From Longimicrobiales bacterium (lineage in GTDB: Bacteria; Gemmatimonadota; Gemmatimonadetes; Longimicrobiales; Gaopeijiaceae), in the NCBI GenBank assembly GCA_965197725.1, contig CBDANQ010000020.1:1-63423 (forward strand): a stretch of 63,423 nucleotides of DNA. The letters are read 5' to 3'. Positions 1 to 10,774 of the stretch are shown here, piece by piece (the stretch's first letter is position 1; the number at the start of each line of letters is the position of its first letter). A model generated the notes under the pieces. The model was not told the origin of the DNA, did no database searches, and saw only the letters and a list, made by a program, of their open reading frames with translations. Both the position numbers and the translations under genes were made by a program.

Positions 1-723
1 GCACGAGGAACGATCCAAGATCCGCGTGTAGAGGATTCCCTGAGCCAGAATGTGCTCGCAATCGGCGGTCTCCCCCGACCCTACGTCGATACCGATAACC
101 CCGGTCGCGCCCTGTTCCCCCGCACGGTCGAGCGCCAGCGTCGAGCGCCAGCGGGTGGGCGGTTCCGCCGTCCACGAAGGCACGTCCCTCCAGCTGGAAC
201 GGCGGGTAAAACACCGGAACCGCTGATGATGCATACACTGCCTCCACCAGTGGCACGTCCGTCCTCGCACCGCTCCCGAACCACTCGGTGGAGCCATCCG
301 TGAGGTCCACCGTGTTCAGTAAGAACGGCACCTGCATCGCTACCCACCCCCGGTCCGGGAGCAACTCCGAGTAATAGTCGAGCAGCGCGTCCCCGCGGAA
401 CACGCTCAGTTGGCGAACACCTTTGATCCAAGCCACCCGGCGATTCACGCTCACGATGTCCATTTCTCGAGAGCGAGCGCCCTTTGCCGCATCTCCTGCC
501 AGTCCATTCCGCTCGCCGCGAGTGCCCCCACCAACGCACCAATGCTGGTGCCGATGATTCCAGCAAGCCGCACGTCGGCCTCCGTGAGAGCTCGCCACAC
601 ACCGACGTGAGCGAGTCCCTTTAGACCCCCTCCCCCGAGCACCAACCAGGGCGCGTCACCGAGGTCCCGCAAAGCGGCGGAATCCACCGTTTGACGCCGA
701 GAATCAACACTGTCGATCCCCAC
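1..723 (-). CDS. Patatin-like phospholipase, frameshifted near 455, runs off window start
   Basis: GGGGLKG and GTSIG motifs in ORF 451..723. An alternative frame downstream reads ...VYASSAVPVFYPP...FVDGG (patatin DGG motif). Confidence 0.8.
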
Positions 724-781
724 TTGACCCCCCTAGTCGGCCCGTCTAGCTTTTTGGAGCTGAAACATAGAATCATTCTTA
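724..781 (+). promoter_or_regulatory. Sigma70-like promoter and Fur/PerR-like box upstream of suf operon
   Basis: TTGACC(724-729)-17 nt-TAGCTT(747-752). ATAGAAT-C-ATTCTTA (767-781) is a 7-1-7 imperfect palindrome in an AT-rich patch. Confidence 0.5.
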
Positions 782-821
782 ATAAGGGCTGGCGAGCTCC
801 GCGGACCAGTCTGAGGAACGA

Positions 822-1607
822 ATGAGCGACTCTCCCATTGTGAAGATCGAGGGCCTTGAAGCCAAGGTCACTGATGAAGACCTCTTGATCCTCAACGGGG
901 TCGACATCGAGATCGGCAAGGGCGAGATCCACGCGCTCATGGGTCCGAACGGCTCGGGAAAGAGCACTCTAGCCAAGGTTCTCGCCGGCCACCCTGGCTA
1001 CGAAGTGACCTCTGGCTCGGTAGTGTTCCAGGGCAGCGATCTGTTCGAGCTCGAGGCTGACGAGCGCTCGCAGGCGGGAATCTTCCTCGCGTTCCAGTAT
1101 CCGGTCGAGATCCCCGGCGTCTCCATTGCGAACTTCCTTCGCACGGCGGTGCAGGCTCACCAGCCTGAGGGTGAGGAGCTCGACATCTTCGACTTTTCCG
1201 ACATCCTGACCGAGCGCATGGAACTGCTCGATATGGACGTCTCTTTCGCCGAGCGTCAGGTGAATGACGGCTTCAGTGGCGGTGAGAAGAAGGCGAACGA
1301 GATCCTTCAGATGGCGATGCTGAAGCCCAAGCTCGCGGTGATGGATGAGACCGACTCCGGCCTCGATATCGACGCGCTCAAGGTCGTCGCCAGCGGGGTG
1401 AACACGTTGACCGAGGAAGATCCCGAGATGTCGATCCTCCTCATCACGCACTATCAGCGACTCCTGAACCACATCGAGCCCGACCGAGTACACGTCATGG
1501 TCGATGGTCACATCGTCCGATCCGGCGGACCGGAAGTCGCACACGCGCTCGAGGCCGAAGGCTACAAGGACTGGCGCGCAGCGGACTCAGTAGTGAACGG
1601 CGTCTGA
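822..1607 (+). CDS. sufC: Fe-S cluster assembly ATPase SufC
   Basis: GPNGSGKS Walker [32 protein letters not shown]. Confidence 0.97.
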   Translation: MSDSPIVKIEGLEAKVTDEDLLILNGVDIEIGKGEIHALMGPNGSGKSTLAKVLAGHPGYEVTSGSVVFQGSDLFELEADERSQAGIFLAFQYPVEIPGVSIANFLRTAVQAHQPEGEELDIFDFSDILTERMELLDMDVSFAERQVNDGFSGGEKKANEILQMAMLKPKLAVMDETDSGLDIDALKVVASGVNTLTEEDPEMSILLITHYQRLLNHIEPDRVHVMVDGHIVRSGGPEVAHALEAEGYKDWRAADSVVNGV

Positions 1608-1626
1608 GGACGCCAGGGAGAATTCC

Positions 1627-3042
1627 ATGCCACAGAACGAAATCATCCAAGACCTCGACCTCGACGAGTACAAGTACGACTTCGTCACCGAGACCGAGCC
1701 GGTTTTCCGTGCCCAGAAGGGTCTGAGCGAGGAGGTGGTCCGGCAGATCTCCACGCATAAAGAAGAGCCGGAGTGGATGCTCGAGTACCGCCTCAGGGCG
1801 CTCAAGGTCTACAACTCGAAGCCGATGCCCAAGTGGGGCGGTGACCTCGACAGTCTCGAGGCAGTGCTCGACGAGATCTACTTCTATGTGCGCCCTCAGG
1901 ATCAGATGGAGCGCTCGTGGGACGACGTGCCCGACGAGATCAAGGACACGTTCGAGAAGCTCGGGATCCCCGAGGCCGAGCGGAAGGTCCTCGCCGGCGT
2001 CGGCGCGCAATACGAGTCCGAAATGGTGTACCACTCGTTGCGCGAGGAGTGGGCGGCTCAGGGCGTCATCTTCGATTCGATCGAAGACGGTCTGAAGAAC
2101 CACCCCGAGCTCTTCCGCGAGCACTTCGGCACCATCATCCCGATGCACGACAACAAGTTCGCGGCGATGAACGCGGCGGTCTGGTCCGGCGGCTCGTTCG
2201 TATACATCCCGAAGGGCGTCTCGCTCGACACGCCGCTGCAAGCGTACTTCCGCGTCAACCAGGAGCGGATGGGTCAGTTCGAGCGCACGCTCATCATCGT
2301 CGACGAGGGCGCGCAGGCGCACTACATCGAAGGATGCACCGCTCCGGTCTATTCGACCGAGTCGTTCCATTCGGGTGTCATCGAGATCGTCGTCAAGAAA
2401 AACGCCCGGTTCCAGTACACGACCATCCAGAACTGGTCGAACAACATGTACAACCTCGTCACCCAGCGCTCGATGGTGCACGAGGGCGCCACCATGGAGT
2501 GGCTGGACGGCAACCTGGGCTCGAAGCTCACGATGAAGTACCCGTCCTGCTACCTGATCGGCGAAGGCGCGCACGGCGAGATCATGTCGATCGCGTATTC
2601 GGGCGACGGCCAACACCAGGACACCGGCGGCAAAGTGATCCACGTGGCTCCACACACGACCTCTTCGATCACCTCCAAGTCGATCTCCAAGGGGCACGGG
2701 CGCTCGACGTACCGCGGCCTGTGCAAGGTGCACAAGGGTGCGCACCACGCACGCTCGAACGTCGAGTGCGACGCGCTGCTCATCGACGACACGTCGCGGA
2801 CGGACACGTATCCGTACATCGAGATCGAAGAGAACGACGCGAGCGTCGGCCACGAGGCTTCGGTCTCGAAGATCGGTGAGGAGCAGCTCTTCTACCTGGC
2901 GAGCCGCGGCATTGCCAAGGACGAAGCGATGGCGATGATCGTGCGCGGTTTCATCGAGCCGATCGCCAAGAAGCTGCCACTCGAATACGCGGTGGAACTC
3001 AACCGGCTCATCGAGATGGAAATGGAAGGCTCTGTTGGGTAG
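1627..3042 (+). CDS. sufB: Fe-S cluster assembly protein SufB
   Basis: [25 protein letters not shown]-terminal [22 protein letters not shown]. Confidence 0.97.
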   Translation: MPQNEIIQDLDLDEYKYDFVTETEPVFRAQKGLSEEVVRQISTHKEEPEWMLEYRLRALKVYNSKPMPKWGGDLDSLEAVLDEIYFYVRPQDQMERSWDDVPDEIKDTFEKLGIPEAERKVLAGVGAQYESEMVYHSLREEWAAQGVIFDSIEDGLKNHPELFREHFGTIIPMHDNKFAAMNAAVWSGGSFVYIPKGVSLDTPLQAYFRVNQERMGQFERTLIIVDEGAQAHYIEGCTAPVYSTESFHSGVIEIVVKKNARFQYTTIQNWSNNMYNLVTQRSMVHEGATMEWLDGNLGSKLTMKYPSCYLIGEGAHGEIMSIAYSGDGQHQDTGGKVIHVAPHTTSSITSKSISKGHGRSTYRGLCKVHKGAHHARSNVECDALLIDDTSRTDTYPYIEIEENDASVGHEASVSKIGEEQLFYLASRGIAKDEAMAMIVRGFIEPIAKKLPLEYAVELNRLIEMEMEGSVG

Positions 3043-4381
3043 AAGCGCGGCATTGATGGACGGTGTGACGACCGCGCTCAACCCCGCGGCGGTCGAGCGG
3101 GTCGGCATGGGCGATCCGGAGTGGCTGCGCGAGCGTCGCGCGCATGCGTGGGACGTGTACGAGCGCACGCCGATGCCGACGATCCGACTCGAGGAGTGGC
3201 GTTACACCAACCTCAAGAAAAAGCTCGACCTCGACTCGCTCGAGCTCGGCGATGCCGAAGCGCTCTCGGACGACCCGACCACTTGGCCCGACCGACTGCG
3301 CGAGGCCATGGACGAGGATCGCGAGGCCTCGGGTCACATCGTCATCATCGATGGCCACGTCGTGCACGCCGATGTCGACGAGGAGCTCGCGGCAAAGGGC
3401 GTGATACTGGAGTCTCTGCACGAAGCGATCGCGAACCACGAGGAGCTGGTGCGAGAGCACCTCGCGACTGAGGCTGTTCCCGCCGAGGAGGGGAAGTTCG
3501 CCGCGCTCAACGCTGCGCTCTGGATCGACGGCATCTTCCTGTACGTGCCGAGAGGCGTGCGACTCGAGCGTCCGGTCCGCGTGACGCGGTGGCTGAGTGA
3601 GGCCGGGACCGCGTACTTCAGCCGCGTGCTCATCGTGGCTGAATCACAGAGCCAGATCTCCTATGTCGACGAAGTCCTGTCCGACGACTTCGAGTCGCAG
3701 ACGTATACGTCCACCGCCGTGGAGCTGATCGCGCGCGACGGTGCACAGGTGCAGTACGTGGCCGTGCAGCGCCTGGGTCGCGGGGCGTTCTACCAATCGG
3801 TGCAACGTACGCTCGCCGAGCGCGACTCAAAGCTCGATACGCTCAACGTGGCGCTCGGCGCGTCCGTGACACGTGTCGACCTGAACGCTCGCCTGCTCGG
3901 TCCCGGTGCAAATTCGGACATGCTGGGTCTCTACTTCGGGGACGGTGATCAGCATTTCGACTTCAACACCAGTCAGGACCATGTCGCAACGAACACCTCG
4001 AGCGACCTGCTCTACAAGGGTGCGCTCGACGGTGCGAGCCGTGCGGTCTTTCGCGGTATCATCCGAGTTCTGCCCGGCGCCCAGGGCACCGACGCGTACC
4101 AGACCAACCGGAACCTTCTGCTTTCCCCGGAGTCTCGTGCCGACTCGTTGCCGAACCTCGAAATCGAGGCCGACGACGTGAAGTGCTCCCACGGTGCCAC
4201 CGTCGGCCAACTCGACGCCGAAGCGAAGTTCTACCTCATGAGCCGCGGCCTGAGCCTCATCCAGGCCGAGCGCCTCGTGGTTCTCGGCTTCCTGGGAGAA
4301 GTCCTGGCCAAGCTCCCGTTGGGCGGTGTCGTGCACAAGGTGACGCGGGTCATCGAACAGAAACTCGCCCAGCATGGCTAA
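3035..4381 (+). CDS. sufD: Fe-S cluster assembly protein SufD
   Basis: [32 protein letters not shown]; position in operon. Confidence 0.95.
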   Translation: MGRSAALMDGVTTALNPAAVERVGMGDPEWLRERRAHAWDVYERTPMPTIRLEEWRYTNLKKKLDLDSLELGDAEALSDDPTTWPDRLREAMDEDREASGHIVIIDGHVVHADVDEELAAKGVILESLHEAIANHEELVREHLATEAVPAEEGKFAALNAALWIDGIFLYVPRGVRLERPVRVTRWLSEAGTAYFSRVLIVAESQSQISYVDEVLSDDFESQTYTSTAVELIARDGAQVQYVAVQRLGRGAFYQSVQRTLAERDSKLDTLNVALGASVTRVDLNARLLGPGANSDMLGLYFGDGDQHFDFNTSQDHVATNTSSDLLYKGALDGASRAVFRGIIRVLPGAQGTDAYQTNRNLLLSPESRADSLPNLEIEADDVKCSHGATVGQLDAEAKFYLMSRGLSLIQAERLVVLGFLGEVLAKLPLGGVVHKVTRVIEQKLAQHG

Positions 4382-4685
4382 CTGGATCCCAGCAGCAACC
4401 GCCACCGAGTGCCCGGTCGGCCAACTCAGGGGAGTGACCGCCGGCGGCACCGAAATCGTGCTCGCCAACTTCGAAGGGACCATCTACGCGGTCGCAGACG
4501 AGTGCTCCCACGAGGAGTTTGCGCTCTCCGACGGAGAGCTGGAGGGTGACGAGATCCTGTGCATCTACCACGGCGCCCGCTTCGACTGCAAGACCGGCAA
4601 GAACATCTGCCTTCCGGCCACTCAGCCGGTGAAATCATTCCCGGTGGAAGTTCGCGCCGGACAGATCTACGTCGACGTGAGCTGA
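4374..4685 (+). CDS. Rieske-type [2Fe-2S] ferredoxin
   Basis: CSH...CIYHGARFD Rieske ligands. Confidence 0.92.
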   Translation: MANWIPAATATECPVGQLRGVTAGGTEIVLANFEGTIYAVADECSHEEFALSDGELEGDEILCIYHGARFDCKTGKNICLPATQPVKSFPVEVRAGQIYVDVS

Positions 4686-4706
4686 GAAGCACCGAGGCAA
4701 TCGCGA

Positions 4707-5936
4707 ATGACCGCACTCGACCCTATCAAGATCCGGAATGAGTTCCCGACGCTGGACCAGACGGTCAACGGAAAGCCGCTCGTGTATCTCGACAACGCGG
4801 CCACGTCCCAGAAACCCAAAGCCGTGCTGGGGGCGCTCGAGCAGTACTACCGGCGCGACAACGCCAACGTGCATCGCGGCATCCACGAGCTGTCGCGGCG
4901 AGCTACCATCGCGTACGAGGACGCGCGCGCCAAGGTCGCCCAATGGATCAACGCGCCCGAGGCCGACGAGCTCGTTTGGACTCGGGGCACGACGGAGGCG
5001 ATCAACCTCGTCGCCATCGCTTGGGGATTGGACAACGTCGGCGAAGGCGACGAGATCCTGATCTCGACGATGGAGCACCACTCGAACATCATCCCGTGGC
5101 AACTGCTCGCTCGTAGGACAGGCGCTGCGCTTCGCTACATCGAGATCGACGAGCAAGGTCGACTCATCCTCGACGACCTCCCCTCCCTGCTCTCGGAGCG
5201 CACGAAGGCGGTTGCCCTCGGGCATGTCTCGAACGCGCTCGGCACCGTGAATCCCATCAAGGACATCGCGGCCGCGGCCCATGAGGTCGGGGCGCTCGTT
5301 GTGATCGACGGTGCCCAAGGGGCGGTGCACAAAAAGGTCGACGTGCAGGATCTCGGCGTGGATTGCTATGCGTTCAGCGGTCACAAGATGTGCGGCCCTA
5401 CCGGCATCGGGGCGCTGTGGGCGCGGAAGGACCTGCTCGAATCGATGTCGCCGTTTCAGGGCGGCGGCGAAATGATCCACTTCGTCGGCCGTGATGAAAG
5501 CACCTGGGCGAAGGTGCCCCACAAATTCGAGGCAGGCACCCCGAACATCGCCGGCGCGATCGGGATGGGCGCTGCGGTGGACTTCCTCGCCGGCGTCGGC
5601 ATGGAGGCCATCGCCGCCCACGAGCGGGAGCTTCTGGCGTACGTGATCGAGCAGGTCGGCTCGATCGAGGGCGTGCGCATCTACGGCCCGGAGTCGCTCG
5701 ACGAACACTCTGCCGTCGTCTCGTTCACGCTAGGTGACGCGCACCCGCACGACATCTCTACGATCCTGGACGCGGAAGGCATCGCGGTTCGTGCCGGACA
5801 CCACTGCGCGCAACTCGTGATGAAGCACTTCAGCATTGCCGCCACCGCACGGGCGTCGTTCTACCTATACAACAGCAAGGACGAAGTGGATCGTCTGGTC
5901 GAAGGCCTGTACATGGTGCGCGGCGTCTTCGGCTGA
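4707..5936 (+). CDS. sufS: Cysteine desulfurase SufS
   Basis: YLDNAATSQKP, FSGHKMCGPTG, RAGHHCA. Confidence 0.96.
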   Translation: MTALDPIKIRNEFPTLDQTVNGKPLVYLDNAATSQKPKAVLGALEQYYRRDNANVHRGIHELSRRATIAYEDARAKVAQWINAPEADELVWTRGTTEAINLVAIAWGLDNVGEGDEILISTMEHHSNIIPWQLLARRTGAALRYIEIDEQGRLILDDLPSLLSERTKAVALGHVSNALGTVNPIKDIAAAAHEVGALVVIDGAQGAVHKKVDVQDLGVDCYAFSGHKMCGPTGIGALWARKDLLESMSPFQGGGEMIHFVGRDESTWAKVPHKFEAGTPNIAGAIGMGAAVDFLAGVGMEAIAAHERELLAYVIEQVGSIEGVRIYGPESLDEHSAVVSFTLGDAHPHDISTILDAEGIAVRAGHHCAQLVMKHFSIAATARASFYLYNSKDEVDRLVEGLYMVRGVFG

Positions 5937-5972
5937 GTACATTGTTACACCGATCATCGGACGTAGCGAACG

Positions 5973-6425
5973 ATGGAAACGCCCCAGCTCAGCTCGCTCT
6001 ACCAGCAACTCATTCTCGAGCACTACCGCAATCCGCGGAACAAAGCGGAGCTTGAGGAGAAGACCGTTGAGATCCACATGGCCAACCCGGTCTGTGGAGA
6101 CGAGATTCGCCTACAACTGCGCATCGAGGACGATCGCATCGCGGACGCCAAGTTCGTCGGGCAGGGCTGCTCGATCTCACAGGCGTCGATCAGCATGATG
6201 ACCGCGAAAATCCAGGGTGTCACCCTGAGCGACGCGGACGCGCTCGCCGAGCGCTTCACCGCCCTCATGCACGGCGACGCGGACGTGGCGACAGACAGGA
6301 GCCTCGGGGCCCTGCGGGCGCTTCAGGGGGTGAGCAAATTTCCGGTCCGCATCAAGTGCGCGTTGATTGGATTCGACGCTCTTCAGGAGGCCCTCAAGAA
6401 GCACGCGTCGGAGGCACCACACTGA
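5973..6425 (+). CDS. sufU: SUF-system NifU-family protein SufU
   Basis: ILEHYRNPRN, NPVCGD, GCSISQAS, PVRIKC. Confidence 0.95.
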   Translation: METPQLSSLYQQLILEHYRNPRNKAELEEKTVEIHMANPVCGDEIRLQLRIEDDRIADAKFVGQGCSISQASISMMTAKIQGVTLSDADALAERFTALMHGDADVATDRSLGALRALQGVSKFPVRIKCALIGFDALQEALKKHASEAPH

Positions 6426-6971
6426 CCCAGGTCGAGATCCACTCGGCTCACCTCCCCGACACTCGTGCGGGCCCCATCACCGTGTGGGTGTCACCGACTG
6501 GAGTCCGCCGGATTGAGTTCGGGAGCTCTGCCGCGCGAGCACCACACCGCCCCCCCACAGGCGTGGCCCGACCACTTGCGGGGGGCCGTGGAGCAGCTCC
6601 AGGCCTATCTGACCAAGAAACGAAAGACGTTCGATCTCCCGCTCGACTTCGCCGCTTCGACGACGGGCTTCCAGCACGACGTCTATCGCAGACTGCTCGA
6701 CATCGAGTACGGGCACGTCGCCTCCTACGGTCAGGTCGCGCGGGACGTGGGTAAGCCCGACATGGCGCGCGCGGTCGGACAAGCAGTCGGCGCCAATCCC
6801 ATCCCTATCGTGGTGCCGTGCCATCGCGTCGTCGCTTCGGACGGGCGCCTGACCGGCTTCGGAGGCGGCTTACCCGCGAAGGTCGCGCTACTGAACCTCG
6901 AGGGGATCGACGTGGACGGCGACAAGCCGAACAGCAAGGTGCACCCAGAGGTTATCCCCCTGGACCTCTAG
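6422..6971 (+). CDS. ogt: Methylated-DNA--protein-cysteine methyltransferase, probable frameshift near 6523
   Basis: RAVGQAVGANPIPIVVPCHRVV active site. The N-terminal TRAGPITVWVSPTGVRRIEF lies in another frame. Confidence 0.88.
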
Positions 6972-7046
6972 GAAGCCTGTTGGACAGCCTTCTGGACGAC
7001 CCAACATCGACATCATCCTGACAGCTCACTCGACCTCGCCTCTCCG

Positions 7047-7727
7047 ATGACACGAAAACGCACTTGCATGTTCTTCCTGCTGCTCGCGCTCCCCGCGTGT
7101 GGGCGCGAGCCGGGAGCATCCACCGCCCAGGCCGAGCAGGCCGTGGATACCCTGATCAAACCGCTCGAGCGCGTAGCGCTCACTGAGGCCGATCTCGTGG
7201 GTCTGGAGATCGCCAACCTCTCGGTCGAGCTGCCGTGGACGACGAACGCGATCAATCGCAACCCCAGACCCGCCGCACCGCGCTCCATGGTCGAGAGCGT
7301 CGAGGTCACGGGTTACGAGAGCTTCGACCGCATGACGTTCACCTTCAGTTCAGACGCGCCAGCCCCGGGATACGAAATCCGAGTCGTACCGCCTGGTGTG
7401 GCCGTGCAATGCGGCGAAGGAACGGACGGCGTTGAAGCAGATGCCAGCGAGGACGCGGACGCGCCGGCGGCGGAGGTCGAGCACGCAAGCGAACTCACCG
7501 GAAACCAGTTCCTGGTGCTGCGCCTCCGGCCAGCTCGCATCATCGATCAGGGTCGCCGCACCATGTCCATCGGGACCGAGACCTACGAGCTCACGCGGGT
7601 GTACGAGGGCGGCATATCCTGTGACGCGGGCGACATCGTCACCTGGATCGTAGGCCTCAGTGAACGCAGCAGCGTGCGTGTGCTCGAGATGAGGTCTCCG
7701 CGACGCCTGGTGATCGACGTCCGCTGA
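7047..7727 (+). CDS. Putative lipoprotein with AMIN-like C-terminus
   Basis: Lipobox LPAC; C-terminal RVLEMRSPRRLVIDVR. Confidence 0.65.
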   Translation: MTRKRTCMFFLLLALPACGREPGASTAQAEQAVDTLIKPLERVALTEADLVGLEIANLSVELPWTTNAINRNPRPAAPRSMVESVEVTGYESFDRMTFTFSSDAPAPGYEIRVVPPGVAVQCGEGTDGVEADASEDADAPAAEVEHASELTGNQFLVLRLRPARIIDQGRRTMSIGTETYELTRVYEGGISCDAGDIVTWIVGLSERSSVRVLEMRSPRRLVIDVR

Positions 7728-7763
7728 ACCCGACCGACAGCGTCCGCTGAACCCGATCGACAG
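7718..7763 (+). repeat. 23-bp tandem duplication with one mismatch at gene end
   Basis: CGTCCGCTGAACCCGACCGACAG followed by CGTCCGCTGAACCCGATCGACAG. Confidence 0.85.
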
Positions 7764-7781
7764 GGACGGCTGAGCCGCCAG

Positions 7782-9035
7782 TCAGGCGAATCGCTCGGGA
7801 GCCAGCGGTCGGTGCCTCGCTTCAATCAGCCCGACGGCCTGCTTCGCGATGATCCGCCCAGTCACTGGCCCGAGCGTGAACCCCAGCATCCCGTGACCCG
7901 TGGCAATACTGAGCCCGTCGATGCCTCCCAACGGCCCGACGATCGGCAGCCCATCCGCTGACATGGGCCGGAGCCCGCACCACTCGGAGATCAGCTCCGC
8001 GTCACCGAGGCGGGGAAAGCATGTGCGTCCGGCCTCAGTGAGCTGCCGGAGCCGGGCAGGCCGCATCACGCCGTTGAGCCCGGAAAACTCCATCGTGCCG
8101 GCGAAACGCACGAACCCCTCCAGCGGCGTGCAGAACACGGAGGTCTCGTTGAGCACACACGCAGTCCGGAGTGGCGGTGCTCCGCCGGGGCCTACGGCAA
8201 CATCTCGGTGGTACCCCTTTCCGGACTGCACGGGGAGCCGAACCCCGAGCCGGCGCGACAATTCGATACTGAAGGGCCCGGTCGCAAGCACGACGTGATC
8301 CGCTCCCACGAAGTCCCCCGACTCCGTGCGCACACCCGCCACACGCCCGCCATCGGTTGCGACGCTGTCCACGCACACTCGCTCGCGCACGTCGACGCCC
8401 CGGTCCTTCGAGCGTGCCATGAGCGCGGTCACGAATCGGTAGGGGTCGAGCGTGCGAGCCTCGGGGTAATGCACGCCCCCGATCACCTTGTTTCCGAATT
8501 CAGGTTCTCTCCTCCGCAGCTCGCTACTGTCGACGACCTCGGGATGGTAGCCGCTCCGCTCGATGATCGACGCTTCATGCCGAACTCTGGCCATACCCTT
8601 CTCGGTCGTGCAGACTTCGAAGTACCCGTCGGCTCGGTACCCGCAGTCGATGTTCTCTTCCTCGATGAGCAGATCGAAGCTCTCGAGGGCATCGATACCG
8701 AGCGGCGCCATTATGCGCATGCACTGCTCGACGTGCGCGTCGGTACAGTGGCGCGCGAACGTGAGAAGCCAGCGCCACAAGGCGGGGTCCCAACGAGGGG
8801 GCACGTAGAGCGGGCTCTTCGGGTCGAGCATCTGCGAGATGGCCTGCTTGATCCGTCCCGGCCTGTTCAGGGGAGGATGTCCCGCCGATACGGTGCCCGC
8901 GTTGCCGCGTGACGCTCCGGCCGCGACCTCGTCACGCTCGAGCAGCACCACGTCGAGGCCCTCCCGCGCGAGTGCATAGGCGCAGCTCACGCCGATTACG
9001 CCTCCGCCCACCACAACGGCACGAGTACCGCTCAT
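7782..9035 (-). CDS. FAD-dependent D-amino acid dehydrogenase family oxidoreductase
   Basis: GGGVIG, ASRGNAG, GKGY, WCGLRPMSADGLPIVG, TGHGMLG. Confidence 0.9.
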   Translation of the reverse strand: MSGTRAVVVGGGVIGVSCAYALAREGLDVVLLERDEVAAGASRGNAGTVSAGHPPLNRPGRIKQAISQMLDPKSPLYVPPRWDPALWRWLLTFARHCTDAHVEQCMRIMAPLGIDALESFDLLIEEENIDCGYRADGYFEVCTTEKGMARVRHEASIIERSGYHPEVVDSSELRRREPEFGNKVIGGVHYPEARTLDPYRFVTALMARSKDRGVDVRERVCVDSVATDGGRVAGVRTESGDFVGADHVVLATGPFSIELSRRLGVRLPVQSGKGYHRDVAVGPGGAPPLRTACVLNETSVFCTPLEGFVRFAGTMEFSGLNGVMRPARLRQLTEAGRTCFPRLGDAELISEWCGLRPMSADGLPIVGPLGGIDGLSIATGHGMLGFTLGPVTGRIIAKQAVGLIEARHRPLAPERFA

Positions 9036-9107
9036 GCGCTCATGGTCCCGGTCGTCCTCCGGGCACTAAGGCGAGGGAGGAGTTTCTGGCTCACCGGCTG
9101 TCGGGGT

Positions 9108-10379
9108 TCACTTCGCAGACAGCGGTGATAAGCGGGGATCCAGCAGTACCTTGATCGACCCCGTGCGCCTCCGGTTGGCGGCAGTCGATAGGGCGTCGCG
9201 GTACTGCTCGAGCGGGTACACGTGGGTCACCATCGGTTCCACTGGTGCCCCCGTCTCGAGCAGCATGTCGTGTGTGATCTGGAAGGTGTGTACGCGCTCA
9301 CCGCGCCAGTCTTCGATGCCGTAGCCGACGTACCCCTTCACGTCGAGCTCTCGCGCCCAGACAAAAGTGAGATCCAGCTTGGAGATCTCCGCGGCACAGC
9401 CCAGCATCACGATCCGGCCGCGGGGAGCTGCGTAGCGCAGACACTGTTTGACAGTGTGTCTACTGCCGACGCAGTCGAAGATGAGCGGGAATCCGCCGCC
9501 GGCGTACACTTCGTCGCCCACGATCGGCATGTAGGCGTTGGCGCCAGTGTTCACGAGGGCTTGGCGAGCTTCGTCACCCGGGGAAACCACCGAGCTCGCG
9601 CCAAGGCCCCGGGCGATCTCGGCCTCGTGCCCGCGTTTGATCTGCGCGACCAGCTCCCCCTCGTACCCGGCCGTACGCAAGGCCCAGATCGTGCCGAGTG
9701 CGATCGGGCCGCTCCCGATCACCAACACGGGCCCGTCCGCAAACGGCCGCGAGCCGAGCACCGCATGCATGCCCACGGCGAGCGGTTCAATCAGCGCCGC
9801 GGTACGGTCCGTCATGTCGTCGTCGACCGCGAACAGTTGGCTCTCGTGGGCGATCATGCGCTCCGCCCAACCGCCGGGCAACGACGCATGGTATCCGATG
9901 GTGGCGCCACGCTCGAGCGCGGCGCCGTCAACCGTCAACGCGCCTTCCTCTCCGCTGCGCTCGCAGGTGCAGTGAAGGCCTGCCGAGCAGGAGGGGCACC
10001 GAGCGTCGACCCCAAAGCCGCGCATCGTGCACGAGATCATCGGGTCGACCGCGACTCGCTGGCCCGGCTCGACAGAACGCACCTCTGGCCTGACCTCGAG
10101 GACCCGAGCCAGGATCTCGTGCCCGAGTACCGCGGGGAACGATCCGAAGGGCTCCATGGCGGGGCTCGCCTTGAACGTCAACGTGCCGATGTCGGTACCG
10201 CAGATTCCAGCCTTTAGGATCTCGAGCCGTACCCAGTCCTCCGCGGGCAAGGGCGGCTCGGACACGTCACCGAAACGGACGCCGCTAAGGCCGCCGAAGA
10301 TGGCGGACTCCGTGAGCCCACCGAGCCCCTTCCCGATCAGAAAGCTCGGGACCGTAACGTTGAATGAGACGGCACGCAT
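9108..10379 (-). CDS. Zinc-dependent alcohol dehydrogenase family protein
   Basis: GICGTD, LGHE, Cys cluster, GSGPIAL. Confidence 0.88.
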   Translation of the reverse strand: MRAVSFNVTVPSFLIGKGLGGLTESAIFGGLSGVRFGDVSEPPLPAEDWVRLEILKAGICGTDIGTLTFKASPAMEPFGSFPAVLGHEILARVLEVRPEVRSVEPGQRVAVDPMISCTMRGFGVDARCPSCSAGLHCTCERSGEEGALTVDGAALERGATIGYHASLPGGWAERMIAHESQLFAVDDDMTDRTAALIEPLAVGMHAVLGSRPFADGPVLVIGSGPIALGTIWALRTAGYEGELVAQIKRGHEAEIARGLGASSVVSPGDEARQALVNTGANAYMPIVGDEVYAGGGFPLIFDCVGSRHTVKQCLRYAAPRGRIVMLGCAAEISKLDLTFVWARELDVKGYVGYGIEDWRGERVHTFQITHDMLLETGAPVEPMVTHVYPLEQYRDALSTAANRRRTGSIKVLLDPRLSPLSAK

Positions 10380-10774
10380 CCGCTATTCGCACGCTCCCCG
10401 GCGTCGCCGCGGGGGCTTCTCCGCAGACATGTCTTCGATGTGCGTGGCCATCTCCTCTCCTTCTTCGCTAACGCCGCCGCCAAGGATCCACGACGCGATT
10501 TCGACCCCGGTCACGGAACGTGACCCGAGAGAAGGCGCAACGCGAGGCGGAACGGACCAACGCTGCGCCCGAACACCGCTGCGATACGGTCCGGTGGAAG
10601 CGACGTGTCTGAACATGGTCGGCACGATATCATTCGCCGATGCGTGCGCCCCACTCCTATCGGTCCTCGGCCTCCTGGCCATGTTATCCCTGGTGGCGCC
10701 ACAAGGTCCCCAATGGACATCGGTAGACGCGCCCTCACGCTTGTCCTCCTGACGCGCCCCATGAGGAGCCACCC

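Noticed and set aside
128..153. 13-bp tandem duplication TCGAGCGCCAGCG in the patatin gene
   Set aside because: Isolated; likely slippage or assembly error.
1288..1300. SufC signature reads EKKANE instead of EKKRNE
   Set aside because: Single change in an error-prone assembly; cannot be trusted.
1495..3168. 557-aa antisense ORF over sufB and many similar shadow ORFs
   Set aside because: Typical high-GC antisense artefacts overlapping well-supported genes.
10383..10451. 22-aa ORF MATHIEDM... with a strong RBS upstream of the dehydrogenase
   Set aside because: Too short to assign; more likely a deletion stub than a leader peptide.
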